NCBI GenBank assembly: GCA_951406725.2
Contig: OX597817.1
Span: 49,910,001 to 49,974,000 of the forward strand
Direction: 5' to 3'
DNA from: Octopus vulgaris
Lineage: Eukaryota
DNA: 64,000 nucleotides
The stretch's first letter is position 1; every line of letters starts with the position of its first letter. Under the pieces are notes generated by a model. It was not told the origin of the DNA. It did no database searches and was given only the letters and a program-made list of their open reading frames with translations. Below are positions 14,201-27,989 of the stretch, piece by piece. The position numbers were made by a program, and so were the translations under genes.

Positions 14201-14287
<87 letters not shown>

Positions 14288-14919
14288 CATATATATACAT
14301 ACATATATATATATATAATTTAAAAATAGGATAAAATCTTCTTAAGAATTTATCAAGTAGTCAGCGTGAAAAACCTCATAAGAGAAAAAAATCCACCAAA
14401 TTGGTGAATTTTTTCTCTCATATATATATATATATATTTGTGTGTACGTGTGTATATGCGTGCGCGCGTATGTGTATGTGCATGTGTGTGTGTGTGTGTG
14501 TAACTGGATGTTTCAATGATTAAGTATTGGGGATTGAGTTCATTCCCGTACAGGCTTCCTTAGACTAATAAGAGCTGTAAATAGATGTGTTTATATGTCT
14601 GCTTTTACGAGTACTTACAGGTTACTGATTATTTTGTAGTACGTACTGATAAATTTGTTCGTTCTAATCATTGCTGTATCTTTATTATGTGTTAATGTAT
14701 GCTGCACATTCGTGCGCAAATTCCTATATCTTTTGGTCTGGACCACAGAGAAAAGATTTTGATTTAGATAACGCCGTTTGTATTTATGGATACGAAATCG
14801 GAAAAGAAACACTGAGTGATTTGACAAAATCTTTGTTTAAAACGTTTTTCGTTTCCCGTTCGAAAATGTGTTTAGAGTTGTGTGTATTGTGTAGGGTTTA
14901 CATTAATAGTTAGAAACAA

Positions 14920-15630
14920 TGGACTAAAGGACTGGGTACTGGAATATGTATAAAAATGTGTAATTCGGTAGTTCACATCCGATTGGAAGGAGAGGAAAGT
15001 GGAAGTTTGTTCTGATCTGCTGCAATCGTTTGAAACCAAAGATAACATGTTTTGTTCTGATCTGGTGACAGTTGATGGAGTGTAGTCGTGTGTTGGAATT
15101 CGAAATCGGAAGCTTAGTCCATGGAGGGGAGTCACATCTCTGCTCCAAGACTGAAGAAGTTCCAGAGCCAGCAATCGGTAGAAAAAGTCATGGGGGTTTG
15201 GATAGAAAGACAAGGGGGCCGTTCTCCTTCCTTTTCTAGAATGAGGTTGTACAATAAGGGGTACGTTGTGTCTATTAAAAACTTTAGAAATGCCATTAGG
15301 AAGGGGATACTGAATAAATATCTGAGAAGGTTCGACGTTTACCATGGTAATGCGCGTCTATATTCCTCTTTGACAACAAAGCAGGTATTTGGCAATTAGG
15401 GCAGATCAGAGGTCCGCCGGCTACCCTACAACCCGACTGTTGCGCCCTCCGACTTCCATTTATTCGGTCCAATGGAGGATAGATTTCGGGGACAACGATT
15501 TGATGAGACATGCGAGATGAACGTGGTTGTGAAGTAGTGGGTGCAACTGTGCACAGCTTAATTTGATGGGAAAAAGTTGGGCCCAGCGATGGAACAAATG
15601 CATCGCGAGTGATGGAGACATATTGAGTAG
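14920..15630 (+). mobile_element. Highly decayed mariner transposase remnant
   Basis: LVTVD, KKFQSQQSVEKVM, HGNAR, PYNPTVAPSDFHLFGPM and RWNKCI motifs spread over broken frames. Confidence 0.75.
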
Positions 15631-15744
15631 TTGCTTTGTATAGAGGAAAAATTATTCTACCGACATATGCAATTTGTCAAACAATAAAAAAGTAATGCCT
15701 ACGTCAGCATCACATTTGGTGTGTGTTTGCGCATGTATGTATAT

Positions 15745-16085
15745 ATTTCTTTATTGCCCACAGGGGGCTAAACATAGAAGGGACAAACAAGGACACACAA
15801 AGGGATTAAGTCGATTACATCGACCCTAGTGCGTAACTGGTACTTATTTAATCGACCCCGAAAGGATGAAAGGCAAAGTCGACCTTGGCGGAATTTGAAC
15901 TCAGAACGTAACGGCAGACGAAATACTTATTTCTTTATTGTCCACAAGGGGCTAAACATAGAAGGGACAAACAAGAACAGACAAAAGGATTAAGTCGATT
16001 ACATCGACCCCAGAATGTAACGGCAGACGAAATACTGTTAAGCATTTCGCCCGGCGTGCTAACGTTTCTGCCAGCTCGTCGCCCT
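15745..16085 (-). mobile_element. SINE family A, tandem dimer
   Basis: Two tails and one head; junction ..aaagaaataa|gtatttcgtctgcc. Confidence 0.85.
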
Positions 16086-17180
16086 ATGTATGTATATATG
16101 TATGCATGGATGCGCGCGCGTGCTCTTGTGTATATGTATGTATGTGTGTTTGTGTGTCTGTGTTTGTACCCGTACCATCGCTTGACAACCGATGCTGGTG
16201 TGTTTACGTCCCCGTAACTTAGCGGTTCGGCATAAGAGACCGATAGAATATGTACAACATAAGAGACAGATAGAATAAGCTTACAAAGAATAAATCATGG
16301 GGTCGATTTGCTCGACTAAAGGCGGTGCTCCTGCATGGCCGCAGTCGAATGACCGAAACAAATAAAAGAATGAAAGAATAAAAGAATAAATTGAATATAT
16401 TCTAAACCTTACAAGCTATGAAATTCTCTGTCTGTTTATTATGTATGTGTGGAGGCACGTGGCTTAGTGGTTAGGGTGTCAGCATCATGATCGTAAGATT
16501 GTGGTTTCGATTCCTGGACCGGGAGACGCGTTGTGTTCTTGAGCAAAACACTTCATTTCATGTTGCTCCAGTCCACTCAGCTGGCAAAAATGAGTAACGC
16601 TGTGATGGACTGGCATCCCGTCTAGCTGGGGAACACATACGCCATAGAAACCAAGCCCATGAGCCTGGCTAGGCTTTAAGAGGGAGCATTTATTCATTAT
16701 TTTATATTATGTATTATGTGAACTTGCTTTTATGTTTACATTTCGCCCACTAAATGTTGCCCATTTGTTGTAACCTCTCACATAGACCCCCACACCCATG
16801 GTGTCTCTTGTTCCCCCTCGTTCCATATGAACTATTTTCCCTATCAGTCTTCTTACGCCAATGCAGTTCAACCCCTTTTCTTCCCGTATTATCCAAAACA
16901 ATTTCTTTTATATAATTATACACACACACGCACATACACACAAACACACTTACAAACATATACAGTTGCACACACATATATATGCTGTTGACGTCATAAG
17001 AATTTATAAATTTTCCAGAGAATAGGAAATAATTGTTTTTCGGAATTGGATCTCGAAGTACATATAAAGCTACAAATAATATTTAAATGCTATTACCTAT
17101 AGCTTTATATGTGGTACTATTAAGCTAGACATGACCCGGGCCTATACTAGCCGAAACCTATCAAATTTATCAAAGTTAAG

Positions 17181-17255
<75 letters not shown>

Positions 17256-17364
17256 AGTGTAGGCTCGAAACGTAAAATACGTTTTCAATTCCTGAGCGTT
17301 ATATTAATACATCTGTTTGTTTTCTACACCACTTGTCTTCGTCTTTTGTTTTTTCGTGAACTCT

Positions 17365-17413
<49 letters not shown>

Positions 17414-18292
17414 TATATGCATACATAATACATGCATATATACATACATACACACACACAAATGTTCAATGCTGAATTTGTGCCAGTGGATACTGAAAGT
17501 TTCCTTGATTCCAAATCGCAGGCTAGACAGGTGATCGGAGTCATTAACTCCTGTGTAGTTACTGACACAAATTCATCTTTGAATAAAATCATTCCAAACC
17601 GTCAAACATTACTGAATAGTTAAGAATTCGTGTTTTGTTTAAGTATTGAATTCAAGTTCCTCATTTTGCTGCTAATCCAACAATGGTCATGAAGAGTGTC
17701 AACGGCAGGTGAAGTAGACCTTGATGAGTTGAAAGGTAAACTTTAATAACAGACATGATTTCGAGTTTGGTTATAAGTTCAAACTGTACAAACTGAAGAC
17801 ATACTTTCGCTAAATATTTTGCTCGTGCCGTCTGTTTGTCTAAGAATCAATGTGTTGTCTTATAAACTTTCGCCATATAATTTATTTTCTGCTTCCAGTA
17901 ACAACAACAGCATGAACAATGATAAAGACGCCCCATTTTCCTTATATTTAATCACAGGCTTTATTGAAGACAGTAATAGCCTGGACAGCGAATTTGAGAG
18001 AAAACATCAATCGCAAACATCGACAGCTGTAACAGGCAGGCAACGCTTTGCTATTTTACTAGTCTGCAAATGTGAACTTATTGTCGATGTGGAACAATCG
18101 TAGTGCATAACTAGTTATACTGTTCAAGAGGCTAATACCCATCCTTCTTACAACATTACAAAGAAACCCATATTTGCATAAAATCTTTCAACAGTCAACT
18201 GAGAATGTTCGCTATTTACATCAAAGAAAACAGGATTCTTTTGAGTAGATAATTCAATTTTCTAACAAAATACACAGTGTGTATGTGTATGC

Positions 18293-18408
<116 letters not shown>

Positions 18409-18421
18409 GTGTGTGTGTGTT

Positions 18422-18802
18422 TGGAGACGCAATGGCCCAGTGGTTAGGGCAGCGGACTCGCGGTCGTAGGATCGCGGTTTCGATTCCCAGACAGAGCCCC
18501 TGTGAGTGTTTATTGAGCGAAAACACGTAAAATCCAACAAAGCTCCGGCAGGGGGTGGTGGCGTATCCTGCTGTAATCTTTCACCACAACTTTCCCTCAC
18601 TTTTTTCTTCCTGTTTCTCTTGTACCTTTATTTCAAATGGCCAGCCTTGTCACACCCTGTATCACGCTGAATCTCCCCGAGAACTACGTTAAGGGTACAC
18701 GTGTCTGTGGAGTGCTCAGCCACTTGTACGTTAATTTCACGAGCAGGCTGTTCCGTCGATCGGATTAACTGGAACCCTCGTCGCCGTAACCGACGGAGTG
18801 TC
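18422..18802 (+). mobile_element. SINE family C, full-length
   Basis: tRNA-like head, tail ending ..cgtaaccgacggagtg. Copies at 53.7k, 58.0k and 58.5k. Confidence 0.85.
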
Positions 18803-18916
18803 ACGATGATATATATATATAGTTACTCCAAACATGAAGAAAGAGAAAGCACAACAACGCGAGGACGTGAAACAAGTATAGTGTTACGGGAAGCTCAGGA
18901 AATGAAAGAAGGAGGA

Positions 18917-18949
18917 TTTAACGTTTCGAGCGGAGCTCTTCGTCAGAAA
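18917..18949 (-). ncRNA. Minimal hammerhead ribozyme motif
   Basis: Reverse complement ttt-CTGACGA-a-GAGC tcc GCTC-GAA-ACGT-T-aaa. Confidence 0.7.
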
Positions 18950-19513
18950 CATAGAAAAAGAAAGGTCCAAGGAAGGGAAGTCGGAGGGAAAAAAAATCGC
19001 CAACGATACACACGCAGTTACATATTGAACTATTTTTCATGTGAACAGTTTACTGATTAGAACCAGTAAAAAAAGTAGTGTTGGTGATGAAGGGGCAGGT
19101 GTTGCACCAATACAAATTTATATACCCTACAAGTTCCAGGAGAAATCTCAACATTATTTTGAAAATTAAGAGATTATGAGAAGTTTAAAAAGAGCAACGA
19201 AATACGTTTTGAAATTGCAGTATTTCTCAAGTGTTTGTTTCTCAAGATTTTGTAAAAATTTATATTGGTAATATGTAAGACGCAGTTATAGGGAAGAAGA
19301 TCATTGTAAGATTTCCTCTTTATACTACTCGTATACCCGTGCTGTCAAAAATACCGACATTTTTCATTAATGATAGAAAATGGTGCGCCAAAATAATGAG
19401 AGAAACCATTGATCAACGCCAGCAATCGAGTAAATTTATGTACATATGCAGAATTGTGGCACTTGAACAATCAGATACGGTTGTAACGTCTTGGTTGAAG
19501 ATATTATCATCCA

Positions 19514-19985
<472 letters not shown>

Positions 19986-20049
19986 AAAAAGAACAAATAT
20001 ATATACCCGTGTAGCATCTCTTTTATTGCTTCCCATGACTTTCATCTTC

Positions 20050-20413
20050 TGTGTTCCAGCTGTAAAGCTTCTCTTCCGAATACGCCAGCTTAATTCAATT
20101 CGTCCTCAGTCGAAAGACACCTGTTGTTAATGTCCTGTTGTTTGTATTTGTAATTGTGTACCATTTCTCCGTTTTCTTTTCGTCCTTATTTTCCTATACA
20201 TTCGCTTGCTTTCTTCCAAAGAATCTATTGCTCTTAGATTAGATCTCTTTGGAACCGTCTCGAGATTAACCGACCGAAACTGCTAGGACTATCTGCTTCA
20301 AGACTGAAGATTGAACGCTTCGAATCACCCTTCCTTGTTTGATTCTGTCCTTTTTCGTATCACCTACTGTCCGATTGGTTTGTTGTCGCCTGTTACGTTC
20401 TTGTTCCATTTTT

Positions 20414-20415
<2 letters not shown>
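20050..20415 (+). repeat. Unclassified ~350-bp interspersed repeat (copies 24245-24590, 54685-55040), each ending at (TA)n
   Basis: Shared cagcttaatt...gtcgaaagacagctgttg...ttcttccaa.gaatc.aatgctcttag...gactga.ga blocks. Confidence 0.8.
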
Positions 20416-20459
<44 letters not shown>

Positions 20460-20543
20460 AATACACTGCTTTATTTTGAGATTGCTAATATTAACAATAC
20501 TCACAAATAAAATACAGGTTGGAGTTGTGGTGCTCCAAGTGAG

Positions 20544-20624
20544 ATATATTCCGTTTAATAATCTGAGGAGGTAATGCAAGCGGAAACTAGAGGGACATAA
20601 TTAATAACCACACACAAAATCAAA

Positions 20625-20687
<63 letters not shown>

Positions 20688-21122
20688 TTCTACATTTATA
20701 AAACGGATATAAACCTGATCTAAAAATTCCGAATATATAAATATAAAAATACATTTACATAGTTATATATGGATATGATACATAAAACACAAAGGATTTT
20801 ACATTTAAAAGTTACATTGGTGTAATAAAAATCTGAGATGATAAAACATTAAAAGGACGTACTAAAATAACACGTGGTCTTTTAATGTTTTATCATCTCA
20901 AAATTGTATTACAACAATGTAATTTTTAAATCTAAAATTCACTGTGTTCTATGTATCATATCCATAGATACCTATGTATATATATTTTTATATTTATATA
21001 TTCGGAATTTTTAGATCAGGTTTATATCAGTGTTATAAATGTAGAAGAATATATATATATTTGATTTTGTGTGTGGTTATAAAAATATGTTGCCTCCATT
21101 CAGATTATTAAACGGTATATAT
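20544..21122. repeat. Fold-back (MITE-like) inverted repeat, ~250-bp arms
   Basis: 20544-20855 is the reverse complement of 20878-21122 with scattered mismatches and an extra TA run in the left arm. Confidence 0.9.
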
Positions 21123-21159
21123 ATATATATATATATATATATCACTATCACTATCATTA

Positions 21160-21454
21160 TCACGTGACCGACCAGACCATCAGATGTTGCTACACATCGC
21201 TGGTCACAATGCGTTCGCATTGTTTTAGCCTTCGAACGACGCCACCCCGTTGGCTAAGCGAGCAGGCCAACAGAAGAAAGAGTGAGAGAAAGAGTGGTGA
21301 AAGAGTACAGCAGGAATCACCACCCCCTGCCGGAGCTTCGTGGAGCTTTTAGGTGTTTTTCGCTCAATAAACACACACAGCGCCCGATCTGGGAATCGAA
21401 ACCGCGATCCTGCGACCGTGAGTCCGCTGCCCTAACCACTGGGCCATTGTGCCT

Positions 21455-21457
<3 letters not shown>
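21160..21457 (-). mobile_element. tRNA-derived SINE (C head, D tail)
   Basis: Homologous to 37256-37563. Confidence 0.85.
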
Positions 21458-21544
<87 letters not shown>

Positions 21545-22073
21545 GCACACTAGCAGAGATACCCGGCATTGTTCGTGATTAAAATGGCATAGTTTTTTAT
21601 TGTTTTATTTATTTCGGTCATGTGACTACGGACATGCTGGAGCACCTCATTTAGTCGAAGAAATCGACACCAAGATTTGTTCTTTGTAAGCCCAGTACTT
21701 ATTCTATTGGTGTGTTTTGCCAGACGGCTAAGATACGGGGACGTAAACACAGCAACATCGGTTGTCAAGTGATGGTGGGTATACAAACTCAGGCACCATA
21801 TATATCTAATATTTGTAAATAAACGCAGAAGGCTTTGCAAGTTATAGAGGCATTCTTGCTGGGGCTAGCCCATCATTTTTCAGTCATTTGTTTGTATTTA
21901 TAAATTGTCGCTTCAAATCGGATTATAAAACATTATTACGATATATATATATAGAAGATAGTAAAAAGTGAAAAAACTACAGAAGGCTTGTTTTAAAAGG
22001 TTAAAAAATATATATTTGAGTCAATATGTCTGAAGAATGTTATAAATTTTTTTCATACAATGACATAGTATAA

Positions 22074-22113
22074 AAGAAATGACCGGTTTCGCGTTCAGCT
22101 TTTCAAATTTCTT
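22074..22113 (-). ncRNA. Hammerhead ribozyme motif, U3-A8 core variant, just 3' of the Penelope ORF
   Basis: Reverse complement aagaaat-TTGAAAA-GC tgaac GC-GAA-ACCGGT-C-atttctt; 7-bp stem I. Confidence 0.75.
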
Positions 22114-22191
22114 AAAACGTTATGTTTACGTTGAGCGGTGATCTAGATAATAAGTGATTTCTTCCGGTGTAAGGGAGATAATTGCTTAAAA

Positions 22192-22570
22192 TTATTTGCC
22201 TTTCTTTTGGATTGAGTTTCTCTGTATAAGTATGTTGGAATGGTTAAGTTTGGGCTTGTATTTTTCAATGAAGAATGTTTCCTTGTTTAGTCTAATTTGT
22301 GTTGGTGTTCCGATAGCACATTGGTAGAATGGAAAGATTAGAAATTGTGGTAGTAGTTGCTTTGCGCATTTCTCAATGTGCTCACTAAAGGGTATCATTC
22401 TGTATTCTGGGAATGCAATCTGTTGTCGATGAAGTGTGCATCTACGTCTGAGTGATAGTCCCGTGGATCCCACGTAGTCTTGATGGCAGCCCGAGCATTT
22501 TATGACATAAATTATGTTTTCAGAGGCACAAGTAAAATTAGATTTGATCTTGAATTTCTGTCCCTCTTTG
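22192..22570 (-). mobile_element. Penelope-like element 3' end: GIY-YIG endonuclease
   Basis: KIKSNFTCASENIIYVIKCSGCHQDYVGSTG...RRR..HRQQI...RLNKETFFIEKYKPKLN. Confidence 0.9.
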
Positions 22571-23419
22571 ACTCGAACCTTGCTTCTATTGTGGCCAATT
22601 TACTGTCTCTAGTTAGATATTTTTCATAGTCGCACCAAGACACTTTTCGATGGTGCTTTCCTCCAGGTGTTCAAATCTTTTTTTTTCTCTACATTGTATA
22701 CTTTATAGACAATAGTCTTTTCTTTAATTTAATGTTTTATTTCGCTTGGTGGTGTTATCCTAGATTCACCGTCTTTGTCGGTGATCAATCCATATTTCTT
22801 CCATTTTAATTTCAATGAGTTCGCGCCCACCGACGGCTGCAGCGAAATTCATTTTGGGACTTTCTTCTATCGAAGGCATTCTAACAAGAATGCTTCCGTG
22901 TAAACGGTGAAAATATTGTCAATTTCCTCAAACAGGGACACAATTCAATTTTTAAACAATAACCAAAGCTCCTTCTCCCAAAGGGGCAGGGTTACAGTTT
23001 ACAATTATTTAACAAATGCAACAACAATGTTTCCTTTACGAGGAACCAACAAACGTGATAACAATATTTAAACAGTAATAATAATAACAACAAACCTTAC
23101 GATGAGTTAGTAAGCAGTTGAAGCTTTAGTCCTTTATGTATAAGAAATAAACCAACAGCTCTGTAGGAGCGGCTGTTCGAGAAAACAGATATTACATACA
23201 GACAAACTTCATATAGATACTTAATGCTAGCTAATTAGCAGATTTCTGCACGCTGATTTTATTTTTAATTTATTCACATTCATGTGAAACCACTTATTCA
23301 AGTTCAAATCATTGATGCAATTTTATACCAATTGCTATTTTTACTTTTGTTATGTTACGATTATATTATACTTTAGTTTGATTTTAATTATTACTTACTA
23401 CATATAATCCAATTGTTAT

Positions 23420-23690
23420 TATTATTTTTATTGTTAAAGTGAAAGCATCTGACATAAAATAGAGAAATGTTTTTGTTTCACTTTTAACACGTAATACTGA
23501 AATAGTGGAGAAGATATTGATATTGCTATGGGCTCGCTCTAGGCAAGAAGTTGAACATTGTTTTGCCCATGAAACTACATGGACCCTAAGTAAGGCATGT
23601 GTAATATTTTAATGAAATTGGTTGTGTAGTTCTCAAGTTTTAGGGAAACACACAGACAGACACACATTCTCAGTTTTATATATATATAGA
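23420..23690 (-). mobile_element. Non-autonomous Helitron-like 5' end
   Basis: Reverse complement A|TCTATATATATATAAAACTGAGAATGTGTGTCTGTCTG...AACTACACAACCAATTTCATTAAAAT resembles Helitron-N 5' termini. A matching 3' end (..ccgggtatctctgCTAG|T) lies at 21549-21580. Confidence 0.6.
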
Positions 23691-23758
23691 TATATATCGT
23701 ATATATATGTATATAATTAAACAAGCATATATGTATGCATATATGTATGCATATATGA

Positions 23759-23802
<44 letters not shown>

Positions 23803-24728
23803 GTATCTATGCATGTATGTATATTGCGTTCTTGTCTCATTTTATATTTTTTATATATAAAGCATAGCGGCGTACGTGCACTTTTGTCTCTTATATGTAA
23901 GAATATATTTATCTAAATCTTGTACGACTCTATTCTTTTTATTATTTTATTCTTTCCTTCTTTCTATCAGCCCGTTCACGCCTACTTCTTTCATTCCACT
24001 CTTCGTTCTTTCGTTGCCCCTCTCTCACATTTCCTTACCTTTTCATGCTCACTTTCCCTCCTCTTTTCACTTCACTGTGTCCCTGTCATTTTTTCTCGCC
24101 TCTCCTTATTTCTTCGCTCCCTCTGCCTCTACATCTCTCTCTTCTCTCTCAACGGTGTTCGGCCAAGCCTGACATTTCTTTCTCTGTAAGGCTGCCGTCC
24201 GTGCAACATTTATATTCCTCCCTGTGCCTGTGAAATCTTGTATCCTTGCCGTAAGGCTTCACTTCCACGCACGTCAGCTTAATTAAATTTGTCCTTAGTC
24301 GAAAGACAGCTGTTGTTTTGTTCTGTTATTTGTATTTGTAACTTTCTCCGTTTTTTTCCGTCCCTGTTATCGTTTACATTCGCCGCTTTCTTCCAAGGAA
24401 TCTAATGCTCTTAGCTTAGATTTTACTTGGGGCTGGCCAGATTTGAACAATCTCGAATATAACCACCCGAAATTGCAAAGATAATCTGTAACTCGACTGA
24501 GGAAAGAAAACTCCGAATGACCCGTCCTTGTTTTCTTTGTATCATCTATCTGGATGTTTTGATGTCCCTTGCCCCATTTTGTATTTTTTATATATAAATA
24601 ATATATATATATATATATAAAACCACGTCTATATACGCACATACGCACGTACTTGCATGCACGCGCACACGCACACATCTATATACGCACATACACGCGT
24701 ATATGGGCATGTGTGTGCATACATACAT

Positions 24729-24784
<56 letters not shown>

Positions 24785-24906
24785 CCTATACATTCTTTTC
24801 TCTCTCCGTTTTACTCTCAACCCTCTCTGTCGAAGAGCGTAAGCTTGAAACGCCAAAGGCATTTCCGTTCTCCTGTCTTCGTATTTTGTTTTCTGTAAAT
24901 TTGAAC

Positions 24907-25008
<102 letters not shown>

Positions 25009-25042
25009 AATATACATACTCATACTCACGCACTTGCACATT

Positions 25043-25073
<31 letters not shown>

Positions 25074-25241
25074 CGATGCATATGCGCGCATATACATGTG
25101 TGTGTGTATACGTGAGTGTGTGAATGCGCTATCTTTTGGTTAGAAAAAATAAGTGTTACTTCAGTTAAGACAAGAATGGACAAAAGTATCATAATGAAAT
25201 GAAAAGAACATATATATATGTATATGTATATGTGTGTGTGT

Positions 25242-25311
<70 letters not shown>

Positions 25312-25575
25312 CTCTCTTTTTCTCTCTCTCTCTGTATATATATATATATATATATAACTTCTGTTATGTTTTACTTGTTTCAGTAATTTGTTTGCCTTGA
25401 AGGGTTTTTGCTGAACAATTCGACCCCAGAGCTTTTTAGGCCTAGTGCTTATTTTATCGGACTCTTTTGTCCGAACCGTTAGTTTACGGGAACATAAATA
25501 CACAAACACCAGTAGTCAAGCGGTGATGGGGGACAAACACAAATACAAAGACATGCACACACATAGATATATACA

Positions 25576-26677
25576 GTGATTCGGTTTTTGTATTTGAAAG
25601 GACGCACACCACGGGAGACTTTTGATGAAATGAAAGTAACTTATGGTGATGATGCCCCATCATATGACCTTGTAAAACGCTGTCATCATGAATTCAAACA
25701 TGGTCGGAACTCTGTGGAAACAGCTCCCAGATCTGGTCACCCCCTTCTGCCATTGATGGGGCATCTGTCCGTCAAGTTGAGGCTGCCATTTTGGAAGATT
25801 GATGCATAACTATTCGCCAAATAGCTCATGAGGTCAAGATTAGTACCGGGTCTGTGGAAACTATCATTCATGACCATTTGCATATGCAAAAGGTGTCTGC
25901 CAGATGGATTCCGAGGTTGCTCACACCTTTCCAGAAGCAAAAATGCGTCGAGTTCTCGAGGATGAATTTGGAGATGTGCCAAGAAGATGAGTCAACATTT
26001 TTCAAAAGACTGATTACACAGGATGAAACCTGGGTCCATCACTATGATCCAGAGACCAAAGCCCAGTCAATGCAGTGGAAGCACCGTGACTCACCTCCTC
26101 CAAAGAAGGCAAGGGTGCTGCCCTCCGTTGGCAAGGTCATGCTCACAGTCATCTGGGACCAGGACAGAGTAGTGATGACAGATTTCCTGGCAAAGGGTAC
26201 CACAATTACAGGAGCCTATTATGCTTCACTTTTGAGGAAATTAAGAGAAGCTATCAAAATCAAGAGGCGGGGCAAGATCAGCAAAGGCATCCTCCTCCTG
26301 CAGGACAACGCTCCGGTCCACAACTCGCGTGTTGCCGGATCAGAAGCACAAGCGTGCACCTATGAACTCCTCCCCATCTCCCCTACTTTCCTGATCTTGC
26401 AATCTCTGATTTTCACCTCTTCCCAGCCATGAAGTTGTTTTTGAAAGGAAAGCGTTTCTCAGATGATGCAGCCTTGATTTCTGAAGTCAAGTCGTCGTTG
26501 GAGAACCAAGCTGGAGTCTTTTACAAAAACGGTCTCCAGAGCTGCATTAAATGATGGGAGAAATGCATAACTCTGGGTGGTTCCTATGTAGAAAAAGACT
26601 AATAACTGTGTCAAGTTTCGTTGCTCTACTGCTATGGGAAGTGGGTCGGGGGCATTACTTATTGAACGCCCCTCGTA
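25576..26677 (+). mobile_element. Mariner transposon, near-complete but frameshifted transposase, nested in a SINE-B copy
   Basis: ARWIPRLLT, DETWVHHY, LLQDNAPVH and PYFPDLAISDFHLF motifs; 3' TIR ..ttattgaacgcccctcgta; 5' TIR missing; SINE-B halves at 25365-25550 and 26680-26838. Confidence 0.92.
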
Positions 26678-27236
26678 AATACGACGGACTTCTTTCAGTT
26701 TTCGTCTATCAAACCCACACGCAACGCTTTGGCCGGCTCGAGGCTATAGAAGAGGACATTTGCCCAAGATGCTTTTCACTGGGATTGAACCTAGAACCAC
26801 GTGTTTGGGAAGTAAGCTTCTTACCACACAGCCACGCCTAAAATACACACATATACACACACGCACACACACATATGTACAGACACACATATATTTCTTT
26901 ACTACCCACAAGGGGCTAAACACTGAGGGGACAAACAAGGACAGACAAACGGATTAAGTCGATTACATCGACCCCAGTGCGTAACTGGTACTTAGTTTGC
27001 CAACATTATACTTATTTCATTTGCCAACATTATACTTATTTCATATGCCAATAAAATGAAGTAGCATGAAACGATTGTACTACACTACCTTGGATATCCT
27101 TGTTGCTTAATTTGATTATAATCACCCCATTTGATTTATATGGATAATACCATACCATACCAAATTCTTCTGCCTTTAACTTAAGTACCATATTCATCTG
27201 AATCTAAAATTTTGCTGAACTTATACACACACACAA

Positions 27237-27267
<31 letters not shown>

Positions 27268-27268
<1 letters not shown>

Positions 27269-27488
27269 CTTTTACTCTTTTACTTGTTTCAGTCATTTGA
27301 CTGTGGCCATGCTGGAGCACCAACTTTAGTCGAGCAAATCGACACCAGGACCTATTCTTTGTAAGCCTAGTACTTATTCTATCGGTCTCTTTTGCCGAAC
27401 CGCTAATCTACGGGGACGTAAACACACCAGCATCGGTTGTCAAGCGATGTTTGGGGGGACAAACACCGACACACACACATATACACAC

Positions 27489-27531
<43 letters not shown>

Positions 27532-27668
27532 TACGTCGGGCCTCTCTCAGTTTCCGTGTACCGAATCCACTCACAAGGGTTGGCCCGAGGTTATAGTAGA
27601 AGATACTTGCCCAAGGTGTCACGCAGTGGGACTGAATCCGGAACCATGTGGTTCATAAGCAAGCTACT
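27268..27668 (-). mobile_element. SINE family B
   Basis: Homologous to 11335-11735. Confidence 0.85.
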
Positions 27669-27989
27669 TTATTTCAAAAATGTTGCCATAAACGCATGAT
27701 ACACAGTAGCTTGCAGGCTAGACAAAGACATTGATGTGGTGAATGATGATAATGATGATATTAAGGGGAAAAAACAAAAAACGCCCGCCGATTTTCTGCT
27801 TCTCTAAAACATTATTCCCTTCTGTTTTTTCACAGAAAAAGACAAAACGAGGTAATGAACCTCTTACTTCAGTTTTACAAATTGTAGGACTAATAGTCCA
27901 ATTAAGAATTAGGGCGTTAAGCCTCTTAAACACTATAACATGCAATAAACATTAAACATTGCAGCACTGAGGCTTTTCAACCTCTTGTC

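Noticed and set aside
17460-18110. Non-repetitive stretch with short ORFs
   Set aside because: No motif or consistent splice structure; cannot support a gene call.
18422-18495. tRNA genes at SINE heads
   Set aside because: A/B boxes present but no complete cloverleaf; always continue into SINE bodies.
24494-24532. Hammerhead-like CTGAGGA..CGAAT in the ~350-bp repeat (also 20300, 54915)
   Set aside because: GAAT instead of GAAA and no A15.1-U16.1 pair; at most degenerate.
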